Positions 17,273 through 33,671 of a DNA stretch of 64,000 bases are shown piece after piece (position 1 is the stretch's first letter; every line of letters begins with the position of its first letter). The notes beneath the pieces were generated by a model, which was given only the letters and a program-made list of their open reading frames with translations, made no database searches and was not told the origin of the DNA. The DNA comes from the human T2T-CHM13v2.0 reference genome, Homo sapiens. The position numbers and the translations under genes are program-made. The stretch is from the NCBI RefSeq assembly GCF_009914755.1, contig NC_060936.1; one strand, written 5' to 3'.

Positions 17273-18584
17273 TAATGGAAAAAATGTTCAGCCGACTGGT
17301 CACGTGTGTTTCCTCATTGTCCTCCAATTCCTTGGCAGTCCTTTTTAAAGAAACTATATTGAAGATGGGGGAGGGCGTAGCCTTTTCTTATTAAGCAGAG
17401 TTCTCTAATTCATATTTTTAATATCCTCACACTGGCCTACTATTGCTGTGATCTTTATGCAGCGGCATGCTTAGCTAATTTAATGTTATTTTTAACCTTG
17501 ATTTTAATATTTCCATGTATATAAAACTCAAGAGAGAGATTAGAAGAAAAAAGTGTGGTTTGCTAGTGATTAATGCTTAAGCAGGCTTTTACACATTCAA
17601 AGCATATAAAAATCTTGTAGTTCAAAAGTAAAATTATTAAATGATCTATGGATCTATTTGGAAATTGATGAAGGCACATTCGTAAATAATCAAAATCTCA
17701 GAGCCAGGACAGATGTTTATAAAGGCAATATTAAATTTATCATATATGAATTTATAAATTGCGTCATTTTTTATTTGAAGTAAAGAAAGGTTATTGGTAT
17801 GTTTTCACTAAATGGCTATTTTATTTTTAGAATTATACTTTAGCTGTTTCCAAATTATGTCAAAATATAAAAAGACCCACTTTTAGAGATAAGTTAAGTG
17901 GGCCGATCTGCTGTCTTCCTGCTCATCCCTGTTTGAAAGCATTTGGAGGTGTCAGTATCGATTAGGTCTCATGATTTGCAGTGGTGGGAAGAAGGAGCCT
18001 GACACACATGCAGAGATTGCAACAGTGTGGAGGCAGAAAAAGCTCAGGACCATGGTTTGTGATTATTACCATATGGGAGAAAGTAGATTTGAAATATATT
18101 AGGAATAGTCTTTTTACTATCTTCAGATAATGTTGGCTTTTCTAGTTCATGCAACTTTAAAAAATGCCTTTAAAATGTTATTGTTTGAAATTCTGTGAGT
18201 ATCCAATAATGTTGCTTTTTTTTTTTTTAGGTAGTTTTACAAGTGTTAGTGTATGGATATGTTTTATGGTAACTATTTAGAGTAGAGGACTTAAATAAAT
18301 ATAAGTACAGAATAAGCAGTATAGTTGAAGTTATTTGTCATATGATGGTTTTATTTGATATTTAAAGAAATTGGAAGTAATCGTATCTTTCTGTATATTA
18401 TTTTATTATCCTTAAAGCTCAATGTGTCATCTCATGTATGTAGAAGTTTTACCTAATTTTAAGTTATTAGTTCCATTTTAAATACAGCAGCAACAGCACA
18501 GCATTGTATAGTGTAACTCATTTTTAAAAGAATCAGCTCTAGGAAAACCAAGATTAACATCTATCATCTTTCTATATCTACTTC

Positions 18585-18880
18585 TTATTTTTATTTTTAA
18601 ATTTTTTTAGAGATTGAGTCTCACTCTGTCACCCAGGCTGGAGGTCAGTGGCACAGTCATAGCTCACTGAAGCCTTGAACTCCTGGGCTTATGCAGTCTC
18701 CTGCCTCAGTTTCCCAAGTAGCTAGGACTACAGGTGCGCATCACCATGCCTGGCTAATTTTTTAATTTTTGTAGAAACAGGGTTTTTGCTGTGTTGACCA
18801 GGCTGGCCTCAAACTTCTAGCCTCAAGCAACCCTCCCACCTCACCCTCCGGGATTACAGGCATGAGGTACATGCCTAGCT
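18585..18880 (-). mobile_element. AluJ
   Basis: Diverged reverse Alu. Confidence 0.82.
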
Positions 18881-19221
18881 CTATGTCTACTTTTTAGATG
18901 AACTCATCAGATATGTTCATGCTATCTGGCAGATTCTTAGCACTGAGATGGTGAAGGGAACTTATATTGGACACAATCCTAGTAAAAGTAGCGTAAGCTA
19001 TTGTTACATACAGATAACTCCATTAGTAATGAAAACAAAGAGATACTCGAAATTAAGTTAAAATAACACCGGTGTTTAGCTTCCTCAAGTAATGAACTAC
19101 AAAGACTATTTTTATTCCAAAAACAGTTTTCCTAAAGCAGAAAAGGAATACCTGAAAACATTATCTTCTGTATTTAGTATATTGCATATTTTGCAAATTT
19201 TTCTGTGTACTGAGTTTTTAG

Positions 19222-19359
<138 letters not shown>

Positions 19360-19800
19360 TAATTTAGATGATGTTAACCTTTCAAAATACTCTTTGTGGC
19401 AAGTACTCAACTGAGTATTTTGTGAACTGCTGAATAATCTAAGTATGTATGAAATGTCATAGGTAGCTTCTACTGACTTTAAAAGTAAAGGTCTTGAAAT
19501 AGGATTATTCAGTTCATCTCAGGACCTTGCTAAAATCATATTCCTAAAATGCCTTGAAACTTCAGAGTTTTTGACTTTGTTTTTCTTTTTTTGACTTTGG
19601 GTGAAAGTTGTCAGCTATGAAGAGAATAATAATTATCTGTATAATTTGAGAATTTATAATTCATCCTCTTTAAATAAACTGCAGAGCAAAACTTTATAGA
19701 AAGGTATTTTAAATGTTTATTGAAATTTTTAGTTAACACATAACATTTTGTGTGAACATTTGACTGTTATGCATTAGGTAGAACTAAGGGCAATTAATTA

Positions 19801-20150
19801 TAGCTTGAGTATTCTTTTTCCAAAATGCTTGGGACCAGAAGTGTTTCAGACTTTAGATTTTTTCAGATTTTGGAATATTTGCATATTAATATATAATGAG
19901 ATATCTTGGGGAGGGGACCCAAGTCTAAACAGGAGATTCATTTATGTTTCATATACACTTTATACACATAGCCTAAAGGTAATTTTACACAATACTTTCA
20001 GTAATTGTGTGCATGAAAATTTTGACCGTGCTCCATCACATGAGATCAAGTGTAAATTTTCCATTTGTGTGTCATATCAGTGTTCAAAAAGTTTTGGATT
20101 TTCAAGCATTTCAGATTTTAGATTTTCAGATTAGTAATGCTAAACCTGTA
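19801..20150. mobile_element. Tigger4/MER46-like DNA transposon
   Basis: TTGAGTATTC...CCAAAATGCTTGGGACCAGAAGTGTTTCAGA...ATGCTAAACCTGTA. Confidence 0.72.
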
Positions 20151-20628
20151 TTTAAATAATATTAAAAATACTCGAGTCTGAATTTAGAGAGTTTTCATGT
20201 AAGTATGTACATTTATAAGGAAGATTTTGCCATGCTTGAGCAACACCTCATCTGATTTGAAGTTGGTAGCCAATATGTTTAGGTAACTCAAAGTTTGAAA
20301 CAGTAATTTTTAAAATTAAAATAATTATAGGTATGCATTTAAATTAAATTTTTTGTGCCTTACCCAACACAGGGGACTCAATAGCATTTCATACTAGGAA
20401 CATTCAAAGGAATAAAGTTAGCTGGAGAAGGGGGTCATGTTCTTTAGAAAGGACTTCATATGTCAGTGTCTACAGAAACAGTGAAAAAAGGAAAAAGAAG
20501 TAAAGAAAAATAGAAAAAATAAAAGTTTTCATATGGAAGAGGGCTTACATTTGTTTTTAATGACTCTTAGAGATACAACAAGGTAGCGACAATAGTAAGA
20601 CAGAGACAGACTTTGGTTTACTGAGAAC

Positions 20629-20912
20629 TTTTTTTTTTTTTTTTTTAAAGTCTCACTCTGTTGCCCAGGCTGGAGTGCAGTGGAGCGATCTTGGCTCACT
20701 GCAACCTCCGCCTCCCAGGCTCAAGTTATTCTTCCCGAGTAGCCAGGATTACAGGCATGCACCACTACCGCCTGGCTAATTTTTGTATATTTAGTAGAGA
20801 CAAGGTTTTGCCATGTTGGCCAGGCTGGTCTCGAACTCCTAACCTCAGGTGATCCACCCGCCTCGGCCTCCCGAAGTGCTGGGATTACAGTTGTGAGCCA
20901 CCATGTCCAGCC
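20629..20912 (-). mobile_element. AluS
   Basis: Reverse Alu. Confidence 0.86.
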
Positions 20913-21983
20913 CTCCCAAGGGGAACTTTGTGAGAGAGCCATCATAAGATGCAATGAGCTACTTCAGTAGGTAGAAAACATTCCATCCATCGGCCACTTA
21001 GTGAAGATAGGCAAAAAAAATATACTCCTTGAATAGGTAGTTAAATTCCATGGCCTTTGGAACCTCCTTTCAGCCCAAGTTACTGTGATTCTGTGAATAC
21101 ATGCAGCTGTTCTCTAAACTGCTCACAGCTTTTCCTTCATATTATGATAAAAGAGTTTTCACACAAGAGGATGAATGGAAAGTGAAAGAAAAAAACTTGG
21201 TTGTGAGATGAGTAAAAGACAAAAAGTAGCTGGTAAGCTCTTCTCTTCTTTACAATTATTTCCATTATTATAATTTATCTGGATTTTCTAGTTCTGGCTT
21301 TAAGAGCAACATCAGAATAGCAGTTAATCTCTTTCCTACACAATTGATTTTAGAAATGCTGTTGGCTTAAGATAATTAAGTTTTCTTTTGAACCAGCAAC
21401 ATGGCTGAATTAGCTACAGCTTTATGGCTGTTGCTGCTTAAAGATTTAATAACTAACAATAAATACAACCCGTTTTGACTTTCTTATTTTGCCAGTATCT
21501 ATTAGAATGAATTTGCCCAGAAGGAAATGATAGGCATAAATTCAGTGGAAGTTGATTTATGGGATTCTTTCTGTGGTTCCGTGACTTAGAATCCAAACAG
21601 GGTTGCATTCTGGATTCACACAGAAGCCTTTGATCTTTAGTGCTGATTACTTTGATGCCAGGATAAGTAGCCACATACAACTGTCCAAACAAGTATACTT
21701 GAAGAATTCTATATTACCGTTGTTTCTTGGTGCTTTCTAAACAAGTACCATCAGTGAAGAAGATTTTGAATACAGATGAGCCGTGAAATTTTGCGGAGCT
21801 GCTAGAAAAGAATTTTTATTGAATTGAAATTCATTTTCCCTCACCAACATGGAATTCATACTTGAAATTGATGTTATCACCGTTATTTAATCAAATAGAG
21901 AGCCTCTTTTTAATCCATTGCTTGATTTTTTTTATAGGCTAGCTTCTGAGCATTTAATACCCAAATATATGCTTCCTTTGGCT

Positions 21984-22283
21984 TTTTTTTTTTTTTCTTC
22001 GAGTCAGGGTCTTGCTTTGTTGTCCAGGCTGGAGTGCAGTGGTATGATCATGGCTCACTGCAGCCTTGGCCTCCTGCGTTCAAGTGACCCTCCCACCTCA
22101 GCCTCCTGAATAGCTGGGACTACAGGCACATGGCACCATGCCCAGCTAATTTTTGCATTTTTTTTGTAGAGATGGGATTTCACTGTGTTGTCCAGGTTGG
22201 TCTTGAACTCCTGGGCTCAGGCAATCCATTCACCTTGGCCTCCCAAAGTGTTGGATTATAGGCATGAGCCACTGTGCCCTGCC
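21984..22283 (-). mobile_element. AluJ
   Basis: Reverse Alu. Confidence 0.85.
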
Positions 22284-22593
22284 TTCCCTTGGCTTTTTAA
22301 CCTTCCCCTAGAGGTTACCTCTAAGTAGCACTGAGGGGAAAGTAGCTGCTAATTTTATGTAGCTTGTAGTACTGAAATCCCTCTGGAGAAGTGATCACCT
22401 AGACTCCAGTAGAAGGATATTACTGTTGTATACTATTCAAAACAGTTTAACTATAGAAGTGTCAAAGTAGATTTCAGTAAGCATAGACATCGCAAAGCCT
22501 AAGCTTCAGGCATAAAGGCTTAATACTGCCTCAAAGAATAATTATTTCAGTGCTGGGAAGGTGATAAGAGACACATATTCACTGGACCATTCA

Positions 22594-22983
<390 letters not shown>

Positions 22984-24584
22984 TTAACCTTTGGAGCCAG
23001 ACAGACATGGATTTGAATTCCAGGGCCATTACTTAGTACCTGTGTAATAGCCTCGACTATTTAACCTCTGAGGTTCAGTTTTTTCCTAAGGATTTTTGGA
23101 TGGATCAGGGAGAATTTGTGTAAAGTGTCTGGCAAATAGTGGGCTCTCCATAAGCATCTATAAATAATGTTGATATTAACAATAATAAAATGAGGAAAGA
23201 TTTTTTTCTTAGAATTTTAAATTCATGGTTTCCCAATTTCTATTAATATATACAGCTTATATTTAATTTGGCAGAGTTTGTACAAGTAAAGTCAGATCTA
23301 TACTCTTTAGGATGTGTATCCTACTCACAATTTGACATAATTGATGATAACACAACTTCCTTAATTTTAACTTTTTAGTGATTTTTTAATAATTGAAACC
23401 TTCCGTAAATGATTAGGTTGAGAAATAATGAGTCAGTTTGCAAAGTGACTTGCACAAAAGATGAGCACAAATACTGGGGAAGAGAAAAAAAACAGTTGCT
23501 TTAGAAAAGTTAGAGATCTGAAATCAAATTTCAGAGATTCATGGGTGATTTTGATATTGAATTACTAATGGTTGCTTTTTTACATTTTAAAATTTCGGCT
23601 GTCTTATTTGGATTTCATGATAGTTTTATTGTCAGAACTATGTCTAGCTTTGTAATAAAATGGTTCTGAAAAGTCATGTAACAAAAATTTCTAATTTAGC
23701 CAAGCAGTGTTGCATTCCTGTAGTCCCAGTTTCTCTGGAGGCTGGGGCAGGAGGATCTGTTGAGCCCAGGAATTCGAGTCCAGCTTGGGCAAATAGCAAG
23801 ACCCCCAATAAAAATTAAAAATTTCTAAGTTGGAGAATTTTATACTTACTAAGAGTTCGTTTTAAAGGGGACATTATTGCAGATATTTCTGATAAAAATG
23901 AATACTTTTGCAGAGCCATAATCACCATTTAATCTGTCGGATTTATGAGTTCATTTTGATTGTGTATGCCTACACACCTGCATTTCCACTGGAGAATGCT
24001 TGAGCAATGTTTGCTATGTTTGTTCTCTTTTGCATTCAACAACTATTTAGTTCTTGTGTACAAGATATGTTGCTAGGTGCCACTATCAAAATGAATGACC
24101 CCCTGCCTTAGGTACCTTGATTTCTGGAGGGAAACCGTTGGTTATAATATAATCTGTTGAGCTTAATGGAAGTAGGAACACAGTGCTGTGAGAGCCACAG
24201 ACAAGGGTTAACTCCCCCTGAAAACGTCACAGGAATGATGATGGGTTTTAGAAGATGAACAGGAGTATGTGGTACAGAGTGGGTGAAGAACTTTCTAGGC
24301 CTTGTGGGTTTAAAGAGCAGGCAGAAGTTTGGTGTAGCCAGGGTATAGAACTAACAGGGCCAAGAAAGGAGGTGAGGCTAGCAGTAAGTCAGAGACAGGC
24401 TGTGAAGCTCGTCGTAGTGCTTATTTGCAAAATGTAGATTTGTAACCAGAGGGCAACATTGAGCTGATACAGTATTTTACTAGTTATTTGAAAAAGTACT
24501 TCTCACTATTTTTGTTTCATTTTATTTTATTTTGGGGGCTTGTGTGTGTGTGTTTTACTAGACAATTTTAAAAGTTTATTTTCT

Positions 24585-25275
<691 letters not shown>

Positions 25276-25409
25276 TTATTAATTGTCTATTTGCTTGGGT
25301 TGCTGGATATGAAAGTTAATAAATCGTGGGGAAACCATCGTCTCCAACTGAAGAACACTCTAGTGGGAGCAAGGAGGTGTAATAATAAATATCACAAAAG
25401 TGTTAAGGT

Positions 25410-25692
25410 TGTCTTAGTTTGAGCTATCATAACAAATTACCATAGATTGAGTGGCTTAAATGATAGAAATTTATTTCTCACAGTTCTAGAGGCTGGGGAG
25501 TTGATCAGGGCGCCAGCATGGTTGCATTAGGGTAAGGGCCCTCCTGGTTTGCAGATGGCTGTCGTCTTACTGTGTCCTCACTTGGAGAACAGAGAGAGAG
25601 GAAGGAAATTCCCTCCTGTCTCTATCATATTAAGGGTTGGGATTCCAATATCTGAATTTGGTGGGGAGACACAAACATTTGGTCTGTAGCAC
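25410..25692 (-). mobile_element. MaLR LTR (MLT1/MST-like)
   Basis: TGTCTTAGTT...AGAAATTTATTTCTCACAGTTCTAGAGGCTGG MaLR motif. Confidence 0.7.
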
Positions 25693-26653
25693 GGGTTCTA
25701 TAATTTACCATTTCATTTTTAATTCTTCTCTACTTCTTCATTTCTTATGTATCTTTCAAGACTTCGACCTGCTTTGAGGCTGTTACTCTTTGTCTGACTT
25801 CTGCTTTGTATAGATATTAAGTTATTATGTCTTATTTTAATTTCTATGCTGGTCACTAGAACACCTGACTGCAGTTAGTTGTCTTAGTCACGGATTGTTC
25901 CATGTATGTTTTGTTTTTCTAACTTTAGGGCCTCATTAGCAGGGATCTGACCTATTGTAGTTTGTACTTCAAACTATCTAGGTCAGTGCTAGGTAAGAAT
26001 ACTAAATGTTTCATAGCAGCTATTGAGGCTGGGCGCGGTGGCTCACACCTGTAATCCCAGCAGTTTGGGAGGCCGAGGCAGGCGGATCACTTGAGGCCTG
26101 GAGTTGGAGACCAGCCTGGCCAACACAGCAAAACCTCATCTCTACTAAAAATACAAAAAAAAAATTAGGAAGTATTTTAAAAAGTATTTGAATTTTACAT
26201 TACTTTGTAAGTTCTCCACAAATACTTGCTTCTGTGAGTTCAGTTCATGATGCAAATTTACAGTTGACAATGTTAATAGAATCTATATTCTAAAAAAAAC
26301 TGGCTCTTCCTGGCAAGACGCATCTCTTTAACATGAAGCGTATGTTTTTATTTAGCACTTTTTGCATAAACTTACTGATGTTACAGTGTTTGTTAAACAA
26401 CTAACTACACACATGCATTGAACTCCCATGAGTCCGAGCATTAGTGGTTGGCCAGTAATGGTAAAGTGTAACTACGTGCCACAGTTTTACTTGATTTCAG
26501 ACAAATACATCTGGCCTTTGTTCTAAAAAGTGGACCTGTGATGTTGCTCTGAGAGTTAACTGGGTCTCTGTCTCTGACTTTGTTTTTTTTAACTCTGTGC
26601 TGCTTCAATGATCACCTTGCATTAACATAAAAAGGACACGAAAAAAGGGGTAA

Positions 26654-26896
<243 letters not shown>

Positions 26897-27283
26897 TAGT
26901 GCAGCCATCCCTTTTAAATTAGGGCTAACTTTGAAGGTGAAGAATCAAACAGCTTATCTTATTATAGCCTTTTCATTTTATACACTGAGAAATTAAGATT
27001 TAGAGGAAAGGTCAGGTACTTTGCCCAAGGTTACAGAGCTTTTTAGTGGAGGAACTCAGACCTGAACTGCAGCTTCAGTGTATCATATTCTTTCCATGCT
27101 ATCATATTATTTAGTTTTATTCAACTTTGACTTTCAAAATGTTATGAAATAAGAGATGAAATCAAATCTGACTTTAACTGCTAGTTTACTCTCCTTTCAA
27201 AATGAACAACTGACTAATTGAAAATTCATCTATCTCCATAACCTGTTTTCAGCTGGGGGTTGTATCAGTGCCACCTGGGAAGC

Positions 27284-27777
27284 TTTTTTTTTTTAAATTA
27301 TACTTTAAGTTTTAGGGTACATGTGCACAACATGCAGGTTAGTTACATATTTATACATGTGCCATGTTGGTGTGCTGCACCCATTAACTCGTCATTTAAC
27401 ATTAGGTATATCTCCTAATGCTATCCCTTCCCCCTGCCCCCCACAACAGGCCCCAGTGTGTGATGTTCCCTTTCCTGTGTCCCTGTGTTCTCATTGTTCA
27501 ATTCCCACCTATGAGTGAGAACATGCAGTGTTTGGTTTTTTGTCCTTGCAATAGTTTGCTGAGAATGATGGTTTCCAGCTTCATCCATGTCCCTACAAAG
27601 GACATGAACTCATCATTTTTTATGGCTGCATAGTATTCCGTGGTGTATATGTGCCACATTTTCTTAATGCAGTCTATCATTGTTGGACATTTGGCTTGGT
27701 TCCAAGTCTTTGCTATTGTGAATAGTGCCACAGTAAACATATGTGTGCATGTGTCTTTATAGCAGCATGATTTATGT
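27284..27777 (-). mobile_element. 5'-truncated L1PA (ORF2 C-terminus and 3'UTR)
   Basis: TTATACTTTAAGTTTTAGGGTACATGTGCACAAC 3' end; ORF 27498..27740 resembles L1 ORF2p tail; TSD GGAAGCTTTT. Confidence 0.92.
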
Positions 27778-27979
27778 GGAAGCTTTTAAAACTACAGATG
27801 CTTAGGCCCTGCAGAATCAGAATCTCTAGCTGTGAGACCCAGGTTTTGATAGTTTTAAAAGCTCCACAGGTGATTCTGGTGCTGAGCTCTGATTGTGAAT
27901 AATTTCTCCAGTCTTTGAGTGTTGTAAATAAGGAAATTGATTAGGTTGGCTTGTCTTTTTTAAGACAGTTTTTGTACAT

Positions 27980-28197
27980 GTAAGTTTGAGTATCCCTAAT
28001 TTGAAAATCTGGTATCTGAAATGCTCCAAAATCTGCAACTTTTGAGCACTGACATGATGCTCAAAAGAGCGTTTCACATTTCAGATTTGGAATGCTCAAC
28101 CAGTCAGTATAATGCAGATATTCTAAAATCCTTTAAAATATCGAAATCTGAAACACTTCTGATCCTAAGCATTTTGGATAAGGGATACTCAACCTAT
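27980..28197. mobile_element. Tigger4a/MER46-like
   Basis: TTGAGTATCCCT...AGGGATACTCAA terminal inverted repeats. Confidence 0.78.
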
Positions 28198-29624
28198 ATC
28201 TAATATCAGAGCTTGAGGGTAAGGGGTGGTAATTAGAATGAAAGGGGCAGGCAAGGAAATGGAGGGATTTTTCTGTTGTCCATAAATAGGAATTTAGACT
28301 TGATGTGATAGACAATAGGCAGTGTTCTAGATCCCTGAGTGGGATGGTGCTACACAGAAGGTGACAAGCTCATACCTTTTTGCCTTCAGGCAGGACTTCA
28401 TTTTATTATATACTTAAAAGACCTTTAAGAAAAACTCAGGTTCTCCTTCCCCACCCAGTGGCTGAAGTAATAAATTTGAGAGTTACAGTTTTCTTCCCTC
28501 TCTCCTGATACCAAATAAGTTACCAAGTCTTTCGGTTTTCGCTTTTAAATATCAGTTAAAGCTGTTTCCCCCTTTTTATCCCTACCGCTACAGTCTAGTA
28601 TAAGTTTTCATCATCATTTACCTGAAAACTACAATAGGCTTCTAATTGATTTCCCTGTCTCATCTACCTTCTATATTACTGTTAGAGTAATTGTTCAAAA
28701 AAACAAGTCTCTTGTACCATATTCCTTTACAAAATCCTTCAGTGGTTTCCCATTACTTAGGATAAAGTCTGAACTCCTTAGCATGACATTCACAGCAATT
28801 TGCCACCTCATTACCAGCACTCAGGAAATATACATTATATAGCCTGTACTTTAGCCATAATGAACATAATATGTTCTTTCATAACTTTGCATATGTTATT
28901 CTCTTTGCGTATAATTCTTTTTTCAAATTGATCAGCCTTGCAAATTCATATGAATCTTTTAATACACCTCAGTTGTAACATCTCTGTTTCCTGCCCATCT
29001 GTTTTCCCTCCTCTAGTTAACATTCCTTTTATTACATATAATTGCCTGTATACGTGTCTGCTCACCCCATTAGACTGTGAGATCACTGAGGACAAGGAGT
29101 ATATATTCATTCATCTTTATATTGCATTCAGTAAATTTGCATTCAGTAAATGTTTTTTAAAACTTAATTGAATTCTTTGACATAGTTAAAAATTTAGCTT
29201 TGGTAGCTGAAAGAATTGACAGTAATTCTTTTTTCACTTTTTATGAATATTTGCCTCTTCGTATTTTTTATGATTTTCAAATTGCTTGGGATTTTAAAAA
29301 ATGGTTAAACTGTTTTCTCTCATACAGCACAAGGCCTTACTTGTAATCATGAGTAGTGGAATATTACTATGATTCATGTCCTAGGCAAAGAGAGTTGTAA
29401 ATAAGAAGGTAGGAGGTGACAGGCTTGTGTGTTCAGTGGAGCAGATATTTCTTTGCCTTCTGTTACAACAGAATACATTGACCCTTGCATGAATTAGCTA
29501 TTATGTTTTTCTTTGTATTACATTCATACAAGGAAAAAAAAAGAGGTTCAAGTTATGTTATTATATTTTTTGTTACTCCTTTTATCATGCCTCGAGGTTC
29601 CTTAGAACATGTTGTTCTAACACT

Positions 29625-29800
29625 AACGAGCAGTGTGGTTTTGGGCAAATTATTCAGTTGCTCTGGGCTTCAGCTGCCTGATCTGTAAAACAGGTGATAA
29701 TAGTACTAACTCACTCCTAGGTTTGTTGTGAGAATTAAATGAGTTAATACCTGTAAGGCACTTAGAATAGTGCCTGGCATGTAGTGAGTGTTCCAACAGT
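29625..29800 (+). mobile_element. MIR
   Basis: TTGGGCAAATTA...ATCTGTAAAA...CTTAGAATAGTGCCTGGCA MIR core. Confidence 0.7.
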
Positions 29801-30152
29801 TTTTCAGCCTCAGCCCATGCCACTTCCTTCTCATTGGCCTTCATTCATTTCCTCGATTGTGTTAAGCCCTTTCCGGCTTCAAGGCCTTTGTGGATGCTTC
29901 TCCTCTACGGGGATCACAATATTCATCTGACTGGCTCACAGTCAACTTCAAGTCTCTCATTAGACTGAATGTTCCCAGAGAACACTATGCCTGGCAGAAT
30001 AGTTGTGCAATAAATATTTATTGAATGAATAAGTAAATGAATAATGGAGCCAACTGGAAAAGAGAACAGGATCACATGGAATGGAAAATTGCTTCTTCAG
30101 GGGTTGGGGGTCAGGGCAGATTCTCATTGCAGGCAGGAAGAAAAAGAAAAGT

Positions 30153-30154
<2 letters not shown>

Positions 30155-30186
<32 letters not shown>
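30155..30186. repeat. (TG)n microsatellite
   Basis: Pure TG run. Confidence 0.95.
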
Positions 30187-30187
<1 letters not shown>

Positions 30188-30334
30188 TCCATATTTATAA
30201 ATTAAATGGTGAAATTGTAAATATTTAATGGTCAAAGCATTAAAATAGGAGTCGACAAATTAATTGAATTCTTTGCCTAAGTGATGATCAGTTTGAGCTT
30301 AAAATGGTATTTTTAATTGCCCCCAGTAATTTGA

Positions 30335-30526
<192 letters not shown>

Positions 30527-32236
30527 TGAAACAGCTAATGACTTCAATGCTGGGTGTGGTTTTAGGAGCTAAAATGTTGATAGTAGGAGCCAGGCATGGT
30601 GGTACCCGTCTCTAATTCCACCTACTTGAGAGGTGAGGTGGGAGAATCACTTGAGCCCAGGAGTTCAAGGCCAGCATGGGCAACATAGTGAGACTCCACC
30701 TCTTTGAAAAGGAATTGATAGTGAACTATAAGTCAGGGCACAAAATTGTAAATAAAATGTAATCATAGCAGGGTTTTAAAAAACGGATTTAAGATGTACA
30801 CCAAGTGTTACCAGTGTTAATGGGCCATCTTTGGGTAACAGAATTATGGATGATTTTTTTTTTCTTCTACTTTTTAGTAATTTCCATCTTTTCTATGAAG
30901 ATGTATTTAAAATTGCAACCTGCTGATACTATATCAGAATTCAATTCTGGATTATTATTCCATTAGTATTAACCTCCTATTTTTAATATGACACTGAACT
31001 TTCGCTAAAAGACCAGGAAGTTAAAAGTGTTAAGGAAACTTACCAAAAAAAAAGCCATTTTAAGTCACATATACATAAACATTTCAAAATTGTTATTTTT
31101 AATTAAACATCTTGGAAAGATACTGCTTATTTGCAAATAGTATGGAGTCAGTGACAAAGAAATAAAGACCTCTTGTTTCTGTATATTTTATCTAATTTTG
31201 TAAATATCACTATATGATTTTGTGAGTGGGAATAATATAGTGAAACATTTGGACAGTTGTGTATTTACATTTACCTTCGAAGTTTTAGTTTACTGCTTCA
31301 TAGTGGTGGTGGAATACATGTCATGTACATTTTGAAGCCATTCTGCAGGTTTGTGGAACCCCTTACTCCCAATGCTTCGCCTCAAATCCTTGGCATAGGT
31401 ACATAGGTTTTAGAGGTGGGGAAATGTGGGTTTGAAACCCACTCCTCTTTGAAGTTGTATTATTAACAACAACATTTATGTAATGTTTACTATGAGCCAG
31501 GTCCTCTAAGTACATGGATATTCCTTACCTCTTTTAATCTTCAGAACAGCCCTGTGAAGTCGGTTCTTACAGAGATACAAGTTCAAGGAACTCACCTATT
31601 ACAATAATAAATGATGAAAGTTAGGATTTAAACTTAGGTCTGGGAAATACCAAAGCTCATGGTAAATACCATCTTATACAAACTTCCTGGATGACCTTGA
31701 GCAAAACTTAGCTGCCTCAGCCCTGCATCTGTAATTTAGAAACCCAAAAAGCTTTAGAAATTGTTAGTCTTTCCGTAACTTATTTGGTGACAAACATGTG
31801 ACCTGAATAGATGAGAGGCTATTTATATTTTGTTCATTCCATTTAGTGTAAATATTCATGTATGTTGCATTAAAAATTATGTGTTGGATTAGGTGATGCT
31901 GCTATAGGCCCCTCTCTAGAGGTGTTAAAAAATATATATGCACCATAATTCACTTTCTAAAATACAAAAATTTCTGAAATCTGAAATCCCCCAATAGATT
32001 GTGGACCTTTGTTTAACTTCCATAATACTCAGTTTTCTTATCTATGTAATTCTTAAAATCTATCCCAGTAAATCTTAACAACAATTGTATGTAATAATAT
32101 ACATAAGCATTTGAGATACCTGATATATAATTAAGTATTCAATTTGTTGGGATTGTTACTGTCATTATCTTGGAATTCTTATTCAGCTGTGCAGAGTTTG
32201 GATCCTAAAGCTAGACCATATAGAAAATGTGAATTG

Positions 32237-32922
<686 letters not shown>

Positions 32923-33050
32923 TCAGTACAGGATAGGAAGCCAGGCCTTTTACAGAATGTAGTTTGTTTTCCTTACTAATGACTTTAAACCATAGTGATT
33001 TTCTTCTATAAATATACATTATTCCATAGTGCAGGGATTCCTGTCCTTTT

Positions 33051-33641
33051 TGTCAGATCCCGGGGTCTGGGTCCAGCCCATGCTGAAGTCCGAGGGGCGT
33101 GGGTGGATGAGCAGAAAGAACACCTGGGGGGCTGTAGGCAGGTGAAAGATAGTTTTATTCAGCAGCAGCTCAAATTAACAGCTTTCTTACACTAGCTCTC
33201 TTATGAACAGCTTTTCTTACACTGTCCACCTTTATCTCGGCGGTTTGCTCCGGCTGTGTGGCTCCCGCGACCCCCATGCCTGCGGCTTCCCAGAAGGCTC
33301 TCCCCTGCCTTCAGGGTCAGCAGCTTAACCCTTTATCTGGGCATGCGCAAGCCGAGCTGTGTCCTGGCTCCCTCCTGTCCAGACGGACAGCTTTGGCTGT
33401 CTCTCTTTCTCTGGGCACCAGTGCCTGCACAAGAGCCATGTTGAGCCAGGCTGCGCCCCAAGAGCGCCTGTACAACGGTAGCAGGGCAATTATACCTTTT
33501 ACAGACAACAGTGGCTCAGAGCCAAGGATGTACTTACACAAACAGGTTATATAACAAGTGGGGGTGTGCGCCTGCACGCCAAACTCGCTGAGTCATGCAG
33601 GCCTGGATATCCACCTTGGCCTACCTCCATGTACCTTTTCA
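33051..33641 (-). mobile_element. Solo ERV LTR, LTR18-family-like
   Basis: GC-rich ~590-bp block starting TGT and ending CA; minus-strand AATAAA (TTTATT ~33154); resembles recalled LTR18 5' end. Confidence 0.65.
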
Positions 33642-33671
33642 TGTGATTACACACTTAGAAAATTATTTACT

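Noticed and set aside
27321-27740. ORFs resembling a reverse-transcriptase protein tail
   Set aside because: Remnant of the L1 ORF2 C-terminus in a ~500-bp truncated copy; not functional.
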